From assembly GCA_947498315.1 (NCBI GenBank), contig CANMLD010000004.1, forward strand, positions 1-58,128: DNA of 58,128 bases, in the 5' to 3' direction. Origin of the DNA: Pseudomonadota bacterium. GTDB lineage: Bacteria; Myxococcota_A; UBA9042; GCA-2863065. The notes beneath the pieces were generated by a model. The model saw only the letters and a program-made list of their open reading frames with translations. It searched no databases and had not been told where the DNA came from. Below are positions 17,577 through 26,851 of the stretch, one piece after another. Each line of letters begins with the position of its first letter. Positions within the stretch are counted from its first letter, which is position 1. A program made the translations under genes and the position numbers.

Positions 17577-18779
17577 ATGGACTCGACCACTGCAGCCGTT
17601 CGCGCGCTCTACGAGCGCTTCCCCTATCCTCATGGTGGCCCCGAGCTACGCGTCGGGTTTGATGCCGCGATGGTCCTCGGTTTGACGGCTCTTCAGCGGC
17701 CGCCCTCCTCATCGACCATGAATGTGCTCGACGCTGGCTGCGGGAGAGGGGTAGGCCTGATTGGGGCTGCGTCGGTTCAGCCGGAGGTCGCGTTCGTAGG
17801 GGTCGACGTGAGCCGAGTCTCTTTGGCCGACGGTCGCGCCACGGCGGCCGCGCTCGGGCTGGAGAACGTCGAGTTTCATGAGGTCGATCTCACCACGCTC
17901 GACGGGCTGCCCGTCCCCGCAGGTGGCTTCGATCTCATCCACAGCTCGGGCGTAATCCACCACATGGAGGACCCCGCGGCAGCGCTCCGTCGCCTCGGTG
18001 GCGTGCTGGCGCCCCACGGCGTCATCGTCTTGATGGTCTACGCGAAGCTCGGCCGGGAGCCCTACGCCCGGGTCACTCGCGCGATCGACGCCGTGGTCTC
18101 GGTCGGCTTACCTGTCTCCGAACGCCTCGGCCCGGCGCGGGCCCTGGTGACTGGGCTGGCGGCGCTCAATCCTGCGTTTGCAGAGGCGGCCGCGACCAGC
18201 GAGGTCGAGTTTGTCGACCGGTACCTGCACATCCAGGAGTGCGCCTTCGATGTTCGCCAGCTGTACAAGCTCGTCGCCGATGCGGGGCTCGAGGTCCTCC
18301 GCTGGTGCAACACGGACGCGTGGTCAGTCGACCAGGTCCCAGCCGGGCTGATCCGTGAGCAGGCGCGCGCGGCTGCGCCTGCGGATCGAGACACGCTCAT
18401 CGAGGCGCTCACAGGTCCCCGCGTCTTCGAGGTCTACCTCGTCAAGTCCGGAAACGTGCTCCGCCCACCACTTTCGGGTGACGCCGCGGCGGCGGCTCGA
18501 TTCGCCGTCAGTTCGGAGGGCAACTTCGAGCTGACGACGCGGTCCGTCCCCGGACAGGTTCGGCACGAGTCCCTCCGATTTCGCAAGGCGAGCGGGGTGG
18601 TCATCGAGCTTCAAGGGGTGCTCGGCCTCGCAGGGCTGTGTCTGCAGAACCAGGTGGGGCCGTTCACGGGTCACGAGTTCTACCAGGCCATCTTGGCTCA
18701 GGGGGCCTCGGCTCGGGAGGTCGGGTTCGCCCTGGCGGAGCTGCTCCGTCTCGGGCTCATCGTCCGGCCTAGCCAGTAG
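17577..18779 (+). CDS. Class I SAM-dependent methyltransferase with extra C-terminal domain
   Basis: Motif I VLDAGCGRGVG, FVGVDVS, IHSSGVIHHMEDP, GVIVLMVY. ATG 17577 preferred over TTG 17550. Confidence 0.75.
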   Translation: MDSTTAAVRALYERFPYPHGGPELRVGFDAAMVLGLTALQRPPSSSTMNVLDAGCGRGVGLIGAASVQPEVAFVGVDVSRVSLADGRATAAALGLENVEFHEVDLTTLDGLPVPAGGFDLIHSSGVIHHMEDPAAALRRLGGVLAPHGVIVLMVYAKLGREPYARVTRAIDAVVSVGLPVSERLGPARALVTGLAALNPAFAEAAATSEVEFVDRYLHIQECAFDVRQLYKLVADAGLEVLRWCNTDAWSVDQVPAGLIREQARAAAPADRDTLIEALTGPRVFEVYLVKSGNVLRPPLSGDAAAAARFAVSSEGNFELTTRSVPGQVRHESLRFRKASGVVIELQGVLGLAGLCLQNQVGPFTGHEFYQAILAQGASAREVGFALAELLRLGLIVRPSQ

Positions 18780-19062
18780 GGGCGCGGTCCGAACCGAGTC
18801 CGCGGACGAGTATGAGTCAGGTGCCCGTGCGGCCGGAGTTCCTTCCTTTCATGCCGATCCGGTTGATTCCCACGGGCGACCCGGGACGAGCTAAGGCCTG
18901 ACCTGCGGGGAGACGTGCAAGGATGGGCAAACGATCCTCGACCGAAACGCCGCCAGCTTTCGCCTCAAGGCTCCCATCGAGGCACGGGCCGTCGTGCCAC
19001 ATTCGCCCCAACGCGCACCGTACTCGACTTTTACGAGCAGTTCCCAACGACGGAGCCTTGGA

Positions 19063-19295
19063 GTGGGTCGGACAAAACGGAGATTGCGCGATCGCCGCGC
19101 ACGCCGGGGGTGTGGGGGTCGTTCCCCACCCGCAAGCGCACGCACCGCCGACGCAGCCGCCCTCTTGCTTCGACTGGGCGCCGATTGGCGCGTACTCGAG
19201 CGACGAAGGCGGGCTGCATCGCCCGCCTTTGAGCGAGAGCAACTCGATGCTAGAAAATTGCCGGTGGACGCCAATCGGAGTTTTGTCCGACCCAC
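19063..19295. mobile_element. MITE-like 233-bp element, copy 1 (15-bp perfect terminal inverted repeats)
   Basis: GTGGGTCGGACAAAA (19063..19077) is the exact reverse complement of TTTTGTCCGACCCAC (19281..19295). About 95% identical over its full length to 33433..33665. No internal transposase. Confidence 0.7.
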
Positions 19296-19516
19296 GGAAT
19301 GTCTGCGGAATTCGGCAGCAGGAGAAGAGCAGGGCCAGGCCGAAGAGGAGTGCCGGCTTCAGTGAGCGGCGTCGTGGCGCGGCGTTGGGGACTCCAGTGG
19401 GCGGCGTTTGGGGCGGGGACGACACGCCGGGAGGAAACTCAGATGGGTGGCTTCTGGCGACTCGACGGCCGCATGCTTGCTTCCCAACACCGCGAGGGCC
19501 CGGTACCGTCCGCCCC

Positions 19517-20563
19517 ATGGACGACCTCCACGCTGAACTCGACAAAGGCATCCTTCGCCCCCTCTACGTGCTCACGGGCCCCGAGCAGTTGCTTCGGCGC
19601 GAGGCGCAGTCGCGGATTTGCGCTCTGGCGCTCGAGAACAGCCCGAAGGAGTTCAACGAGACGCGCATGGTCATGAAGGAGACGCACGGCGACGCCATCG
19701 TCGATGCGTGTCGCACCTACCCGATGATGGGGGCGCGGCGGCTCGTGGTCGTGTCGGGCATAGAGTCGCTCAAGACCAAGGACTCGGAGGCGCTAGCCAA
19801 GTACTTCCTCGATCCCTCTCCCACGACGTGCCTCGTACTCGTGGTCGAGTCGGTCGACGCGCGGGTCAAGATATGGAAAGACGCAGCCAAGGTCGGGCGC
19901 ATCGAGAAGTTCGAAGCGCCGCGATCCTACCAGTTGGCGCCGTGGATCGAGGCGCGCGCCCGGCGTAAGTCGATCAAGATCCACGCCGACGCAGCGGCGC
20001 TGCTCGGCGACGTGATTGGCACCGACCTCTCGGCTCTCGAGGAGGCGCTCGAACGGCTCTATCTCTATGCGGCGACGGGGGACAAGCCCGAGAAGGACAA
20101 GCCGAAGATCGTCGAGGTAAACCTCGGCCACGTCGAGAACTGCATCGCGCGCACCCGAGTACACACGGTCTTCGAGCTCGGTGACGCGCTCGGCAAGAAG
20201 GACACCAAGATCGCGACGCGGATCCTCGAGGCCATGCTCGCGGCCAAGGAGTCACCGATCGGGATCCTCACCATGGTCGCACGCCACTTCCGTCGACTCT
20301 GGCAAGCCTCCGAGGTCCTGAACCAGGGCGGCAATCCCGACGACGTGGCGCGCGAGCTCGGTCTGCACCCCTTCGTCGCCAAAGAGTTTGTCAGTCAGGC
20401 GCGCCTCTTCAGCAGCCCCGACTTCGCCCGATTGCTCGAACGCTGCTTCGCGACGGACCGGCTCCTGAAGTCGAGCAAGCTCGGCGACGAGCTCCACCTC
20501 TTCAACCTGGTGCTCGAGGTCTGCGGTGGTGGGGCGCCTCGGCGTGGGTATGGGGTGCGGTGA
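19517..20563 (+). CDS. holA: DNA polymerase III delta subunit
   Basis: 348 aa from ATG 19517: MDDLHAELDKGILRPLYVLTGPEQLLRREA..., typical delta N-terminus and length. The listed ORF 18923..20563 has an implausible 5' extension running through the MITE. Confidence 0.8.
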   Translation: MDDLHAELDKGILRPLYVLTGPEQLLRREAQSRICALALENSPKEFNETRMVMKETHGDAIVDACRTYPMMGARRLVVVSGIESLKTKDSEALAKYFLDPSPTTCLVLVVESVDARVKIWKDAAKVGRIEKFEAPRSYQLAPWIEARARRKSIKIHADAAALLGDVIGTDLSALEEALERLYLYAATGDKPEKDKPKIVEVNLGHVENCIARTRVHTVFELGDALGKKDTKIATRILEAMLAAKESPIGILTMVARHFRRLWQASEVLNQGGNPDDVARELGLHPFVAKEFVSQARLFSSPDFARLLERCFATDRLLKSSKLGDELHLFNLVLEVCGGGAPRRGYGVR

Positions 20564-20685
20564 ACTAGGGCGAGGATTCGTCGACCGCCTGCGTTAGTTA
20601 ATTGCGCCGTTGGGCGAGCGTGACCTGAGACGGTAGATGGTCCCCCGACGACGACTCGCAGAGCCGCAAAGCTGCTCTGGGTAAC

Positions 20686-21563
20686 GTGAACTTTCGAGTT
20701 GTTCCGGATTTCTCGAGGTTCCGCGGCAAGAGGAACGCGTCAAAGAACGGAACGGACGTGCAAGAAGCTTTTGCCGGACTACGCCGCCGTCTACCGCCGG
20801 GATGGAGCGCCGAAGAACGCGGCTCGCCCCGAGGTACCAGCCTGCGCCTTTCGGGGCTCGATGCGAGTAATGTCGAGTTCTCCGTCGTAGTCCGCAAAGG
20901 GCTCGTCCCGCGTGATGTGCCCATGCTCCTGGCCGGGGCGGGGCGGACGGTCCGCGCCTGATCATCGCCCCCTTCCTCAGCGAGCGCGTGCGTCAACTCA
21001 TCGCACAAGGCGGCGTGAGCTACGTCGACGCGACGGGCAACCTCCGGGTCGTCGCCACCACGCCCGGCATCTTCCTTGAGGGTCTAGGCGCAGAGCGGGA
21101 CCCAGAGCGCGCCGCGCGTCCGCTGTACAGTCTGCGAGGCGCGGCAGCAGGCCGCGTCGTGCGGGCACTGGTCGAACTCGAACTTCCGTTGGGCTTACGG
21201 GCGCTGTCAACTACCTCAGCGACGCCGCTCGCGACCGTTTCCCGAGTGGCCACGTTCCTCGAGGCTGAGGCCCTGCTCACGCGGCACGCGCAGAATCGCG
21301 TCGTCGCAGTGGACTTGCAGGCGCTGCTCGCGCGGTGGTCGAAGGACTACGAGCTCACGAAGTCCAATGAACTCCGTACCTTCCTCGAGCCTCGGGGCCT
21401 CCCGGTGCTCTGGCCAAAACTTGCTCGGCTGTCCCGCTACACGGCCACGGGCTCGACCGCTCGACCCGGTATCCGGGTCTTGAAGGTCGTGCTGCGACCG
21501 GAGGTCCCTGGTCCGGGTGGCAAGGCGCTCCCGCCGCCGGAAGCGACCGTCACTCGGAAGTAG
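20686..21563 (+). pseudogene. Decayed gene of unknown family (frameshift near 20931..20960)
   Basis: ORF 20686..20961 (...EFSVVVRKGLVPRDVPMLLAGAG...) stops at TGA 20959..20961. A different frame continues without a start as ...PRLIIAPFLSERVRQLIAQGGVSYVDATGNLRV... (listed ORF 20988..21563). The junction lies in a G-run, GGCCGGGGCGGGGCGG. The C-terminal ~30 aa look non-native. Local GC is lower than the surroundings. Confidence 0.35.
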
Positions 21564-21621
21564 GTCCGCTGGCCTTCGCGTCGGAATGGCCAAGCCGAGC
21601 TCGTTTCGTTGATGCGGTCGG

Positions 21622-22107
21622 TCAGCCCGTCGCGGCTGAGACGAGGACCGGCTTCAGGACGCGGATGAGCTCAGCGGGCAACAGAGAGACGAGAAAGCCC
21701 CGTTTGCCTCCGTTCAGGTAAACCCGCGGAAGGGTTGCGATCGTGGACTCCAGATAGACCGGCATCGCTCGCTTCAATCCGAACGGCGAGGTCCCGCCCA
21801 CGAGGTAGCCCGAGTGCTTGTTTGCCGTGTCCGGGCTGCACGGCGTGATGCTGCGCACGCCCAGCGCCCGAGCCAAGCTCTTGGTAGAGACTTGCTTGTC
21901 ACCGTGCATGAGGACGATGAGGGGCGACCTCTGGTCGTCTTCCATCACGAGCGTCTTCACGACCGAGTGTTCCGGGACGCCCAACGCCTTCGAGGACGAG
22001 GTTGTGCCGCCTTTCTCCTCGTAGGGGTAGAGATGCGCCTCAAACTCGACCTTCTCAGCGCGAAGCACGCGCACGGCCGGTGTGACCGGGACCTCTTCCC
22101 GAGCCAT
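21622..22107 (-). CDS. ybaK: Cys-tRNA(Pro)/Cys-tRNA(Cys) deacylase YbaK
   Basis: 161 aa. TPAVRVL...YPYEEKGG...ALGVPEHSVVKTLVM...LIVLMHGDKQVSTKSLARALG...GYLVGGTSPFG...YLNGGKRGF matches the YbaK/EbsC family pattern. Confidence 0.85.
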   Translation of the reverse strand: MAREEVPVTPAVRVLRAEKVEFEAHLYPYEEKGGTTSSSKALGVPEHSVVKTLVMEDDQRSPLIVLMHGDKQVSTKSLARALGVRSITPCSPDTANKHSGYLVGGTSPFGLKRAMPVYLESTIATLPRVYLNGGKRGFLVSLLPAELIRVLKPVLVSAATG

Positions 22108-22111
22108 GGGG

Positions 22112-23446
22112 TTACGCGACGATGCGGGCGACCAGGTCGTAGTCGCCAGCTTGCACGACCTCGGCGCGGACGATGGTCCCCGGCTCGGCGTAGCCCTCGT
22201 TGATGTAGGTCACTCCGTCCACTTCGGGCGCCTGTCCCGAGTAGCGTCCCTGAAGCAGCAGGTCGGTCTCCTCGCTGCGCCCTTCCACGAGGACGTCGAT
22301 CTCGGTACCGACGAGCGCCTGAAGCTTGTCGGCGCTGATCTCCTGCTGCATCGCCATGAGCCGGTTGCGGCGCTCTTCCTTCACTTCAGCCGGGACGTCG
22401 TCCTCGAAGCGGGCGGCGCGAGTGCCGTCTTCCGACGAGTAGGTGAAGACGCCGACGCGGTCGAACTTATGCTCCGCCACGAACTCTTGAAGGCGTTCGA
22501 ACTGTGACTCCGTCTCGCCGGGGAACCCGACGATGAAGGTCGTGCGCAGGACGAGGTCCGGGACTCCACGCTTGAGCCGCCCGAGCAGGTCTTCGGTGAT
22601 GGACCGGGTCGTGCGTCGCTGCATGGTCATCAGCACGGCGTCGTCGATGTGCTGGAGCGGGATGTCCATGTACGGAAGGACCTTCTTCTCCGTGGCGATG
22701 ACTTCCACGAGTCGGTCCGAGACGTTGTGGGGATAGCAGTAGAGCAGGCGAATCCACTCGATGCCATCGACCTTGCATAGCGCTGGCAGGAGGTCATGCA
22801 GCTCGGTAGCGTCTTTCAGATCCGATCCGTAGTGCGTCAGGTCCTGCGCAATGAGGTTCAGCTCCTTCACGCCCGCCTCGGCGAGCTGTCGCGCTTCGAG
22901 CACGAGATCCGGGATGGCGCGGCTGCGCTGTTTCCCACGTAGTTTCGGGATGATGCAGAAGGTGCACTGTTGGCTGCACCCCTCGGCGATCTTCAAGTAC
23001 GACGTGTGCTTTGCCGTCGTGATCATGCGCGGCGTGGTTTGGTCATGGACGTAGTAGGGCCGCCCCACGGCGATGGTCGGCGTGCCAGGGAGGGCCGGCG
23101 TCTTCATGAGCTCAGCGATGCGGTGGTACTCACCGGTGCCGATGATGAGGTCGACGCCGGGGATCTCGTCTTTGATGGCGTCCGAGTAGCGTTGGGCAAA
23201 GCAGCCTGCCACGACCACCTTCTGCTGGTGGTTCGAGCGCTCCTTCACATCGACTAGGCCCCAGATCGCGTCGATGGACTCGACCTTCGACGCTTCGATG
23301 AACGAGCAGGTGTTGACCACGAGGACGTCGGCGTCGGACGGGTCGTCGACCAAGATGTAGCCCTCGCCGCCGAGCGCTCCGAGCATGACCTCGCTGTCGA
23401 CGCGGTTCTTGGGGCAGCCGAGGGTCTGAAAGTAGAGGCTCTTCAT
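22112..23446 (-). CDS. rimO: Ribosomal protein S12 methylthiotransferase RimO
   Basis: MiaB-family N-terminus YFQTLGCPKNRVDSEVM. rSAM motif CSQQCTFC. C-terminal TRAM-like domain. AGGAGG precedes ATG 23446. Confidence 0.9.
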   Translation of the reverse strand: MKSLYFQTLGCPKNRVDSEVMLGALGGEGYILVDDPSDADVLVVNTCSFIEASKVESIDAIWGLVDVKERSNHQQKVVVAGCFAQRYSDAIKDEIPGVDLIIGTGEYHRIAELMKTPALPGTPTIAVGRPYYVHDQTTPRMITTAKHTSYLKIAEGCSQQCTFCIIPKLRGKQRSRAIPDLVLEARQLAEAGVKELNLIAQDLTHYGSDLKDATELHDLLPALCKVDGIEWIRLLYCYPHNVSDRLVEVIATEKKVLPYMDIPLQHIDDAVLMTMQRRTTRSITEDLLGRLKRGVPDLVLRTTFIVGFPGETESQFERLQEFVAEHKFDRVGVFTYSSEDGTRAARFEDDVPAEVKEERRNRLMAMQQEISADKLQALVGTEIDVLVEGRSEETDLLLQGRYSGQAPEVDGVTYINEGYAEPGTIVRAEVVQAGDYDLVARIVA

Positions 23447-23735
23447 GGGCCTCCTGATATCAGAGGCGCTGGTGGGCTGCCATTCAATCTTGCAGCTTCG
23501 CCGCTTTGCGCCCCCTCGCGGCCGTGTCTGCCCCCTGACTCGGTGAGCCTACGACTGAGGCTGCGGGCACTTCCGCTCGCCCGGAAGGTCCAGAGTCGAA
23601 TGGACTGGAAATTGGGGTACGCACCCGATTCATTTGACACCGCCACGCAGAGGGAGCGAGCTTCCACGACATGGACTACCCAACCGAGGTCAACCTGCCC
23701 GACCTGTCGTTCACGCCCTCGCTGCGAGGTCGCCC

Positions 23736-24641
23736 GTGATCGAATGGATCCTGATCGGAGCCGGCGCCGCGGGTGCCGCCTGGTACGTGCGTCGGCAACG
23801 TGCGCTCAACCGGGCTGGTGAAGGTCCGGTGCGACGAGGCCCAGGCTCCCGCACCGCCCTCGTCGCGCCGACGGGCATGGACATTCAACGTCTCCTCGAT
23901 CAGGTGGTCGCTCGCCGAAAACAGCTCGAGGACGACCGAGCTCGCACCCTTCACGCGCTCGCTCGCGTCGAAGCCGTCGTGGCGGCGTCGGGCCCAGACT
24001 CGAACACCGATCGGCTCCTCGGGCATGCAGAGACGGAGCTCGATGCGCTCGAAGCCGCTCTCGCGGCGCTCGACGGTCGGCTTGTCATTGACCGCTTCGA
24101 AGCCTTTGCGGTCTATCTCGCACGCGAAGTGCGAGAGCCTCCGCCTGACGTGGGGCGTACGAGCGGCGCGACATTGGACCGCTTTCAGCGCGCTGCTCGG
24201 GCCATCGACGTGGCGGCAGCTCGGCTCGAGGAGGGCTTCGTGCCTGCGCAGATCGCCGCCGCGCTCGACTCGTCACGCGATGGAGGAGGTGACGACGGCG
24301 CCTGGGAGCGCGTCAAGCGCTGGGCCGGACCTGATTCACTGAACCGCGCTTTCGGTGGCGGCAGGGCACGTCTAGAGCGGCTGCGTCGCGAGCTCGCGGA
24401 CGAACAGCGCGCCGCGGTCATTGGAGACGCCTCGAACGCGCTCGGGCTTGGGAGTCTCGGCCCCATGAACAGCCATGATGACGCGCTCATCGGAGAGCTC
24501 ATTCAGCTCGACGCCGCGCTCGGCAGCGCCGTCCCGTCTAGAACCGACGCTGGCGGGGCTCTCGGAGACGCGCCTTCGACCTCGCGAGCCCAGCTCACCC
24601 TCGAAGCACTCACGGCGCGCGACAGAGTGGTCGGAGGCTGA
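23736..24641 (+). CDS. Hypothetical membrane-anchored coiled-coil protein
   Basis: GTG 23736 (GAGGT upstream) gives the N-terminal TM VIEWILIGAGAAGAAWYV, followed by an Ala/Arg/Glu-rich helical region. No family recognised. Confidence 0.45.
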   Translation: MIEWILIGAGAAGAAWYVRRQRALNRAGEGPVRRGPGSRTALVAPTGMDIQRLLDQVVARRKQLEDDRARTLHALARVEAVVAASGPDSNTDRLLGHAETELDALEAALAALDGRLVIDRFEAFAVYLAREVREPPPDVGRTSGATLDRFQRAARAIDVAAARLEEGFVPAQIAAALDSSRDGGGDDGAWERVKRWAGPDSLNRAFGGGRARLERLRRELADEQRAAVIGDASNALGLGSLGPMNSHDDALIGELIQLDAALGSAVPSRTDAGGALGDAPSTSRAQLTLEALTARDRVVGG

Positions 24642-24655
24642 CCTGGAAGAGGCGA

Positions 24656-26845
24656 CTACAGCGTCGGGCGGACCAGCTCTTCTATGACCTTGAGCAGGTC
24701 CGGTACGCGAAAGGGCTTTTTGAGAAAGCGCATCGGCCGCCCCTTGAACTCACTCTGGAACGTGACCTCCCGCGGGTCACCGCTCATCACGACGAGAGGC
24801 AGCGCTTGCTCGTGACCGACTAGACCTCGCACGAGGTCGAGGCCGCTCATGTCAGGCAGGCCGACGTCGATGATGGCGAGGTCCGGCTGGCTCTGACGCA
24901 AGTGGCGCAGCCCCGTGGCTCCACATTCGGCCCAGGTCACGCGAAAGCCTCGCGACGACAGCACGTCGACGCAGAGGTTGCGCACGACGTCGTTGTCCTC
25001 GATGACCAGGATGTGGAGAGGCGGGAGCGCAGTCGGCTCTTCGCTCAGACCGGGCGCCATGATCGAGACGCCGACGACCTCGGGGAGTATCAAGGTCAAG
25101 CGGTTCATGTCGTCGGCGTCGACGTTGGCGGTCAAGGTGCCACCGTAGGACGCCACCAGCGCTCGGCTCAGGGGCATCATCAGGCCGGAGCCCGCCGATT
25201 CGGCGTCCGAGTGGGCGATGGGGTTGAAGAGCCGGTCTAGGGCCACGGGCGACGCGGGGCGACCGTCGTCGCGGACGACGATGGCGACGCAGGCGATGGG
25301 CTCCGCGCGCCGCTCGAGCCGCAGTTCAATGCGGCCAGGACGGCCGTCGAGCCAACTCGAGATGTTGTCCCGAGCATGGGCGCACAAGTTGAGGAGCACT
25401 TGGCGTAGCTGCGCCGCTCCGATGCAGCATGGCAGCACCGTCGAGGCTAGGCCGCCCGTTGGCGCGTGGAGATAGAGGACGACGTGGGAGGGTAGCACGC
25501 TCCGAAGCAGCTCTTCGCAGCCGATGACCAGCGACGCCGCGTCGATGGGCGCCTGCTCGGATGGATGGCCGCGATTGGCGAGCGCGAGCAGGCCGTCGAT
25601 GACCACGGTGAGCCGGTCCGTCGCGTCGGTCAGTTGGCGTGCCGTGTGCCGGTAGGCCGTGTCGGCCTCGGCCTCGCCGCAGCTCCGCTGGCTGAGGATG
25701 GATGCGTGACCCTTCACGCCGACCAGGGCGTTGTTCAGATCGTGCGCGATGCGACCCACGAGCGACGCGAAGAGGTCGGCGCGGCCCATGTCTACGACCT
25801 GCTGTTCGAGGGCCACTTCGCGCGTGGCATCGACCACCATGATGACAGAACCGGTCTGGTCGCCATTCGGGCTTCGAAGGGGACGGGCGACGACGTTGAC
25901 GACAGTCTGGCGGCCGAAGATCGAGACGAACTCGACGCGCCTCAACTCGAACGGCGTGCCGTCACGAATGAGGGCGTCGAGAGCGCCGAACGCCTGCCTT
26001 ACGTTTGGCAGGTCGAGGATTCGCATCCCGATGGCTAGGCTGGGGCGATTCGGTGGGACGCCGAGGAGCTCACGCAACGCTGAGTTCTCGTGCCTGATGC
26101 GGCCTTCTCGGTCGAGCTGTATCACCCCGACCGGGAAGTGCCCGATCATCGTCAGCGCGACCTGCTCGGGCTCGTCAGTGTGGTCGCCCTCGCCAAGCGG
26201 AGACGGGGCTCGACCTACTGACGGCCGCAGGATTCGCGCTCTGGGACGGAGCAGCCGTTCCAGCCGATCGAACTCCGGCGCTACCGCAGGCTCCGTGGCG
26301 AGGTCGAAGCGTGACAGCGCCCGGTAGCGGAAGTGCAGGGATGTCCAGAGTTCGAGTAGACGAAGCAGGGCCCCCATGATGGAGGGCGTCACGTGCCGCT
26401 TCATCACGCCGAAGAGGTCACCACCGAGCGACGGCGCGAGCGCGAGGAGCGCGACAGTACGAGCAGTCAGGCGCGTCTCCGGATCGAGCGGATCCCCGCT
26501 GAGTGAGGCAACAGTCCATCCATCAGGCGCGTCACGATGCACCGCCCCGCTGCGTCGCTCCCACTCGGTGATGAGGACGCCTGGGTCTTCCCAGCGATCG
26601 AGTTCGAGCCATGCGGCCACGTCCTCGTCGGTCGCACCATCCGCGAGGAGCTGGGCGCCGTGAAGGAAGAGTGGGTAGCGTCGGCGCGTGACCTGCGAGA
26701 CGAAGAGCAGCACGCCGTCGATGAAGCGTCGTGGGAGCGGGGATTCGATGTAGCTCCGGACCAGCGAGTAAGCGAGCTCGTCGCCATCGTCCTCGTCGAG
26801 CAGGATGGGCCCTCCGCGAAAGGCCGCCCTGACTCTGGCGTGCAC
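24656..26845 (-). CDS. Hybrid sensor histidine kinase/response regulator (unknown N-terminal domain, PAS, HisKA, HATPase, REC)
   Basis: H-box IAHDLNNALVGVKGHASIL; ATPase region NLCAHARDN...DDGRP...GSGLMM; receiver ILVIEDNDVVRNL...DLAIIDVGLPDMSGLDLV...KKPF. Confidence 0.85.
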   Translation of the reverse strand: MHARVRAAFRGGPILLDEDDGDELAYSLVRSYIESPLPRRFIDGVLLFVSQVTRRRYPLFLHGAQLLADGATDEDVAAWLELDRWEDPGVLITEWERRSGAVHRDAPDGWTVASLSGDPLDPETRLTARTVALLALAPSLGGDLFGVMKRHVTPSIMGALLRLLELWTSLHFRYRALSRFDLATEPAVAPEFDRLERLLRPRARILRPSVGRAPSPLGEGDHTDEPEQVALTMIGHFPVGVIQLDREGRIRHENSALRELLGVPPNRPSLAIGMRILDLPNVRQAFGALDALIRDGTPFELRRVEFVSIFGRQTVVNVVARPLRSPNGDQTGSVIMVVDATREVALEQQVVDMGRADLFASLVGRIAHDLNNALVGVKGHASILSQRSCGEAEADTAYRHTARQLTDATDRLTVVIDGLLALANRGHPSEQAPIDAASLVIGCEELLRSVLPSHVVLYLHAPTGGLASTVLPCCIGAAQLRQVLLNLCAHARDNISSWLDGRPGRIELRLERRAEPIACVAIVVRDDGRPASPVALDRLFNPIAHSDAESAGSGLMMPLSRALVASYGGTLTANVDADDMNRLTLILPEVVGVSIMAPGLSEEPTALPPLHILVIEDNDVVRNLCVDVLSSRGFRVTWAECGATGLRHLRQSQPDLAIIDVGLPDMSGLDLVRGLVGHEQALPLVVMSGDPREVTFQSEFKGRPMRFLKKPFRVPDLLKVIEELVRPTL

Positions 26846-26851
26846 GCGGCC

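Noticed and set aside
19063-19295. The idea that the inverted-repeat-flanked 233-bp unit is a retron msr/msd locus, since myxobacteria are rich in retrons.
   Set aside because: No reverse-transcriptase ORF adjoins either copy. Two ~95% identical copies in unrelated contexts fit a mobile MITE better. It was not excluded as a transcribed RNA.
18923-19516. 5' extension of the holA ORF, which would give a 546-aa protein.
   Set aside because: The extension reads straight through the MITE-like repeat and is low-complexity Arg/Pro/Gly-rich. Delta subunits are ~340 aa, and ATG 19517 gives a typical N-terminus.
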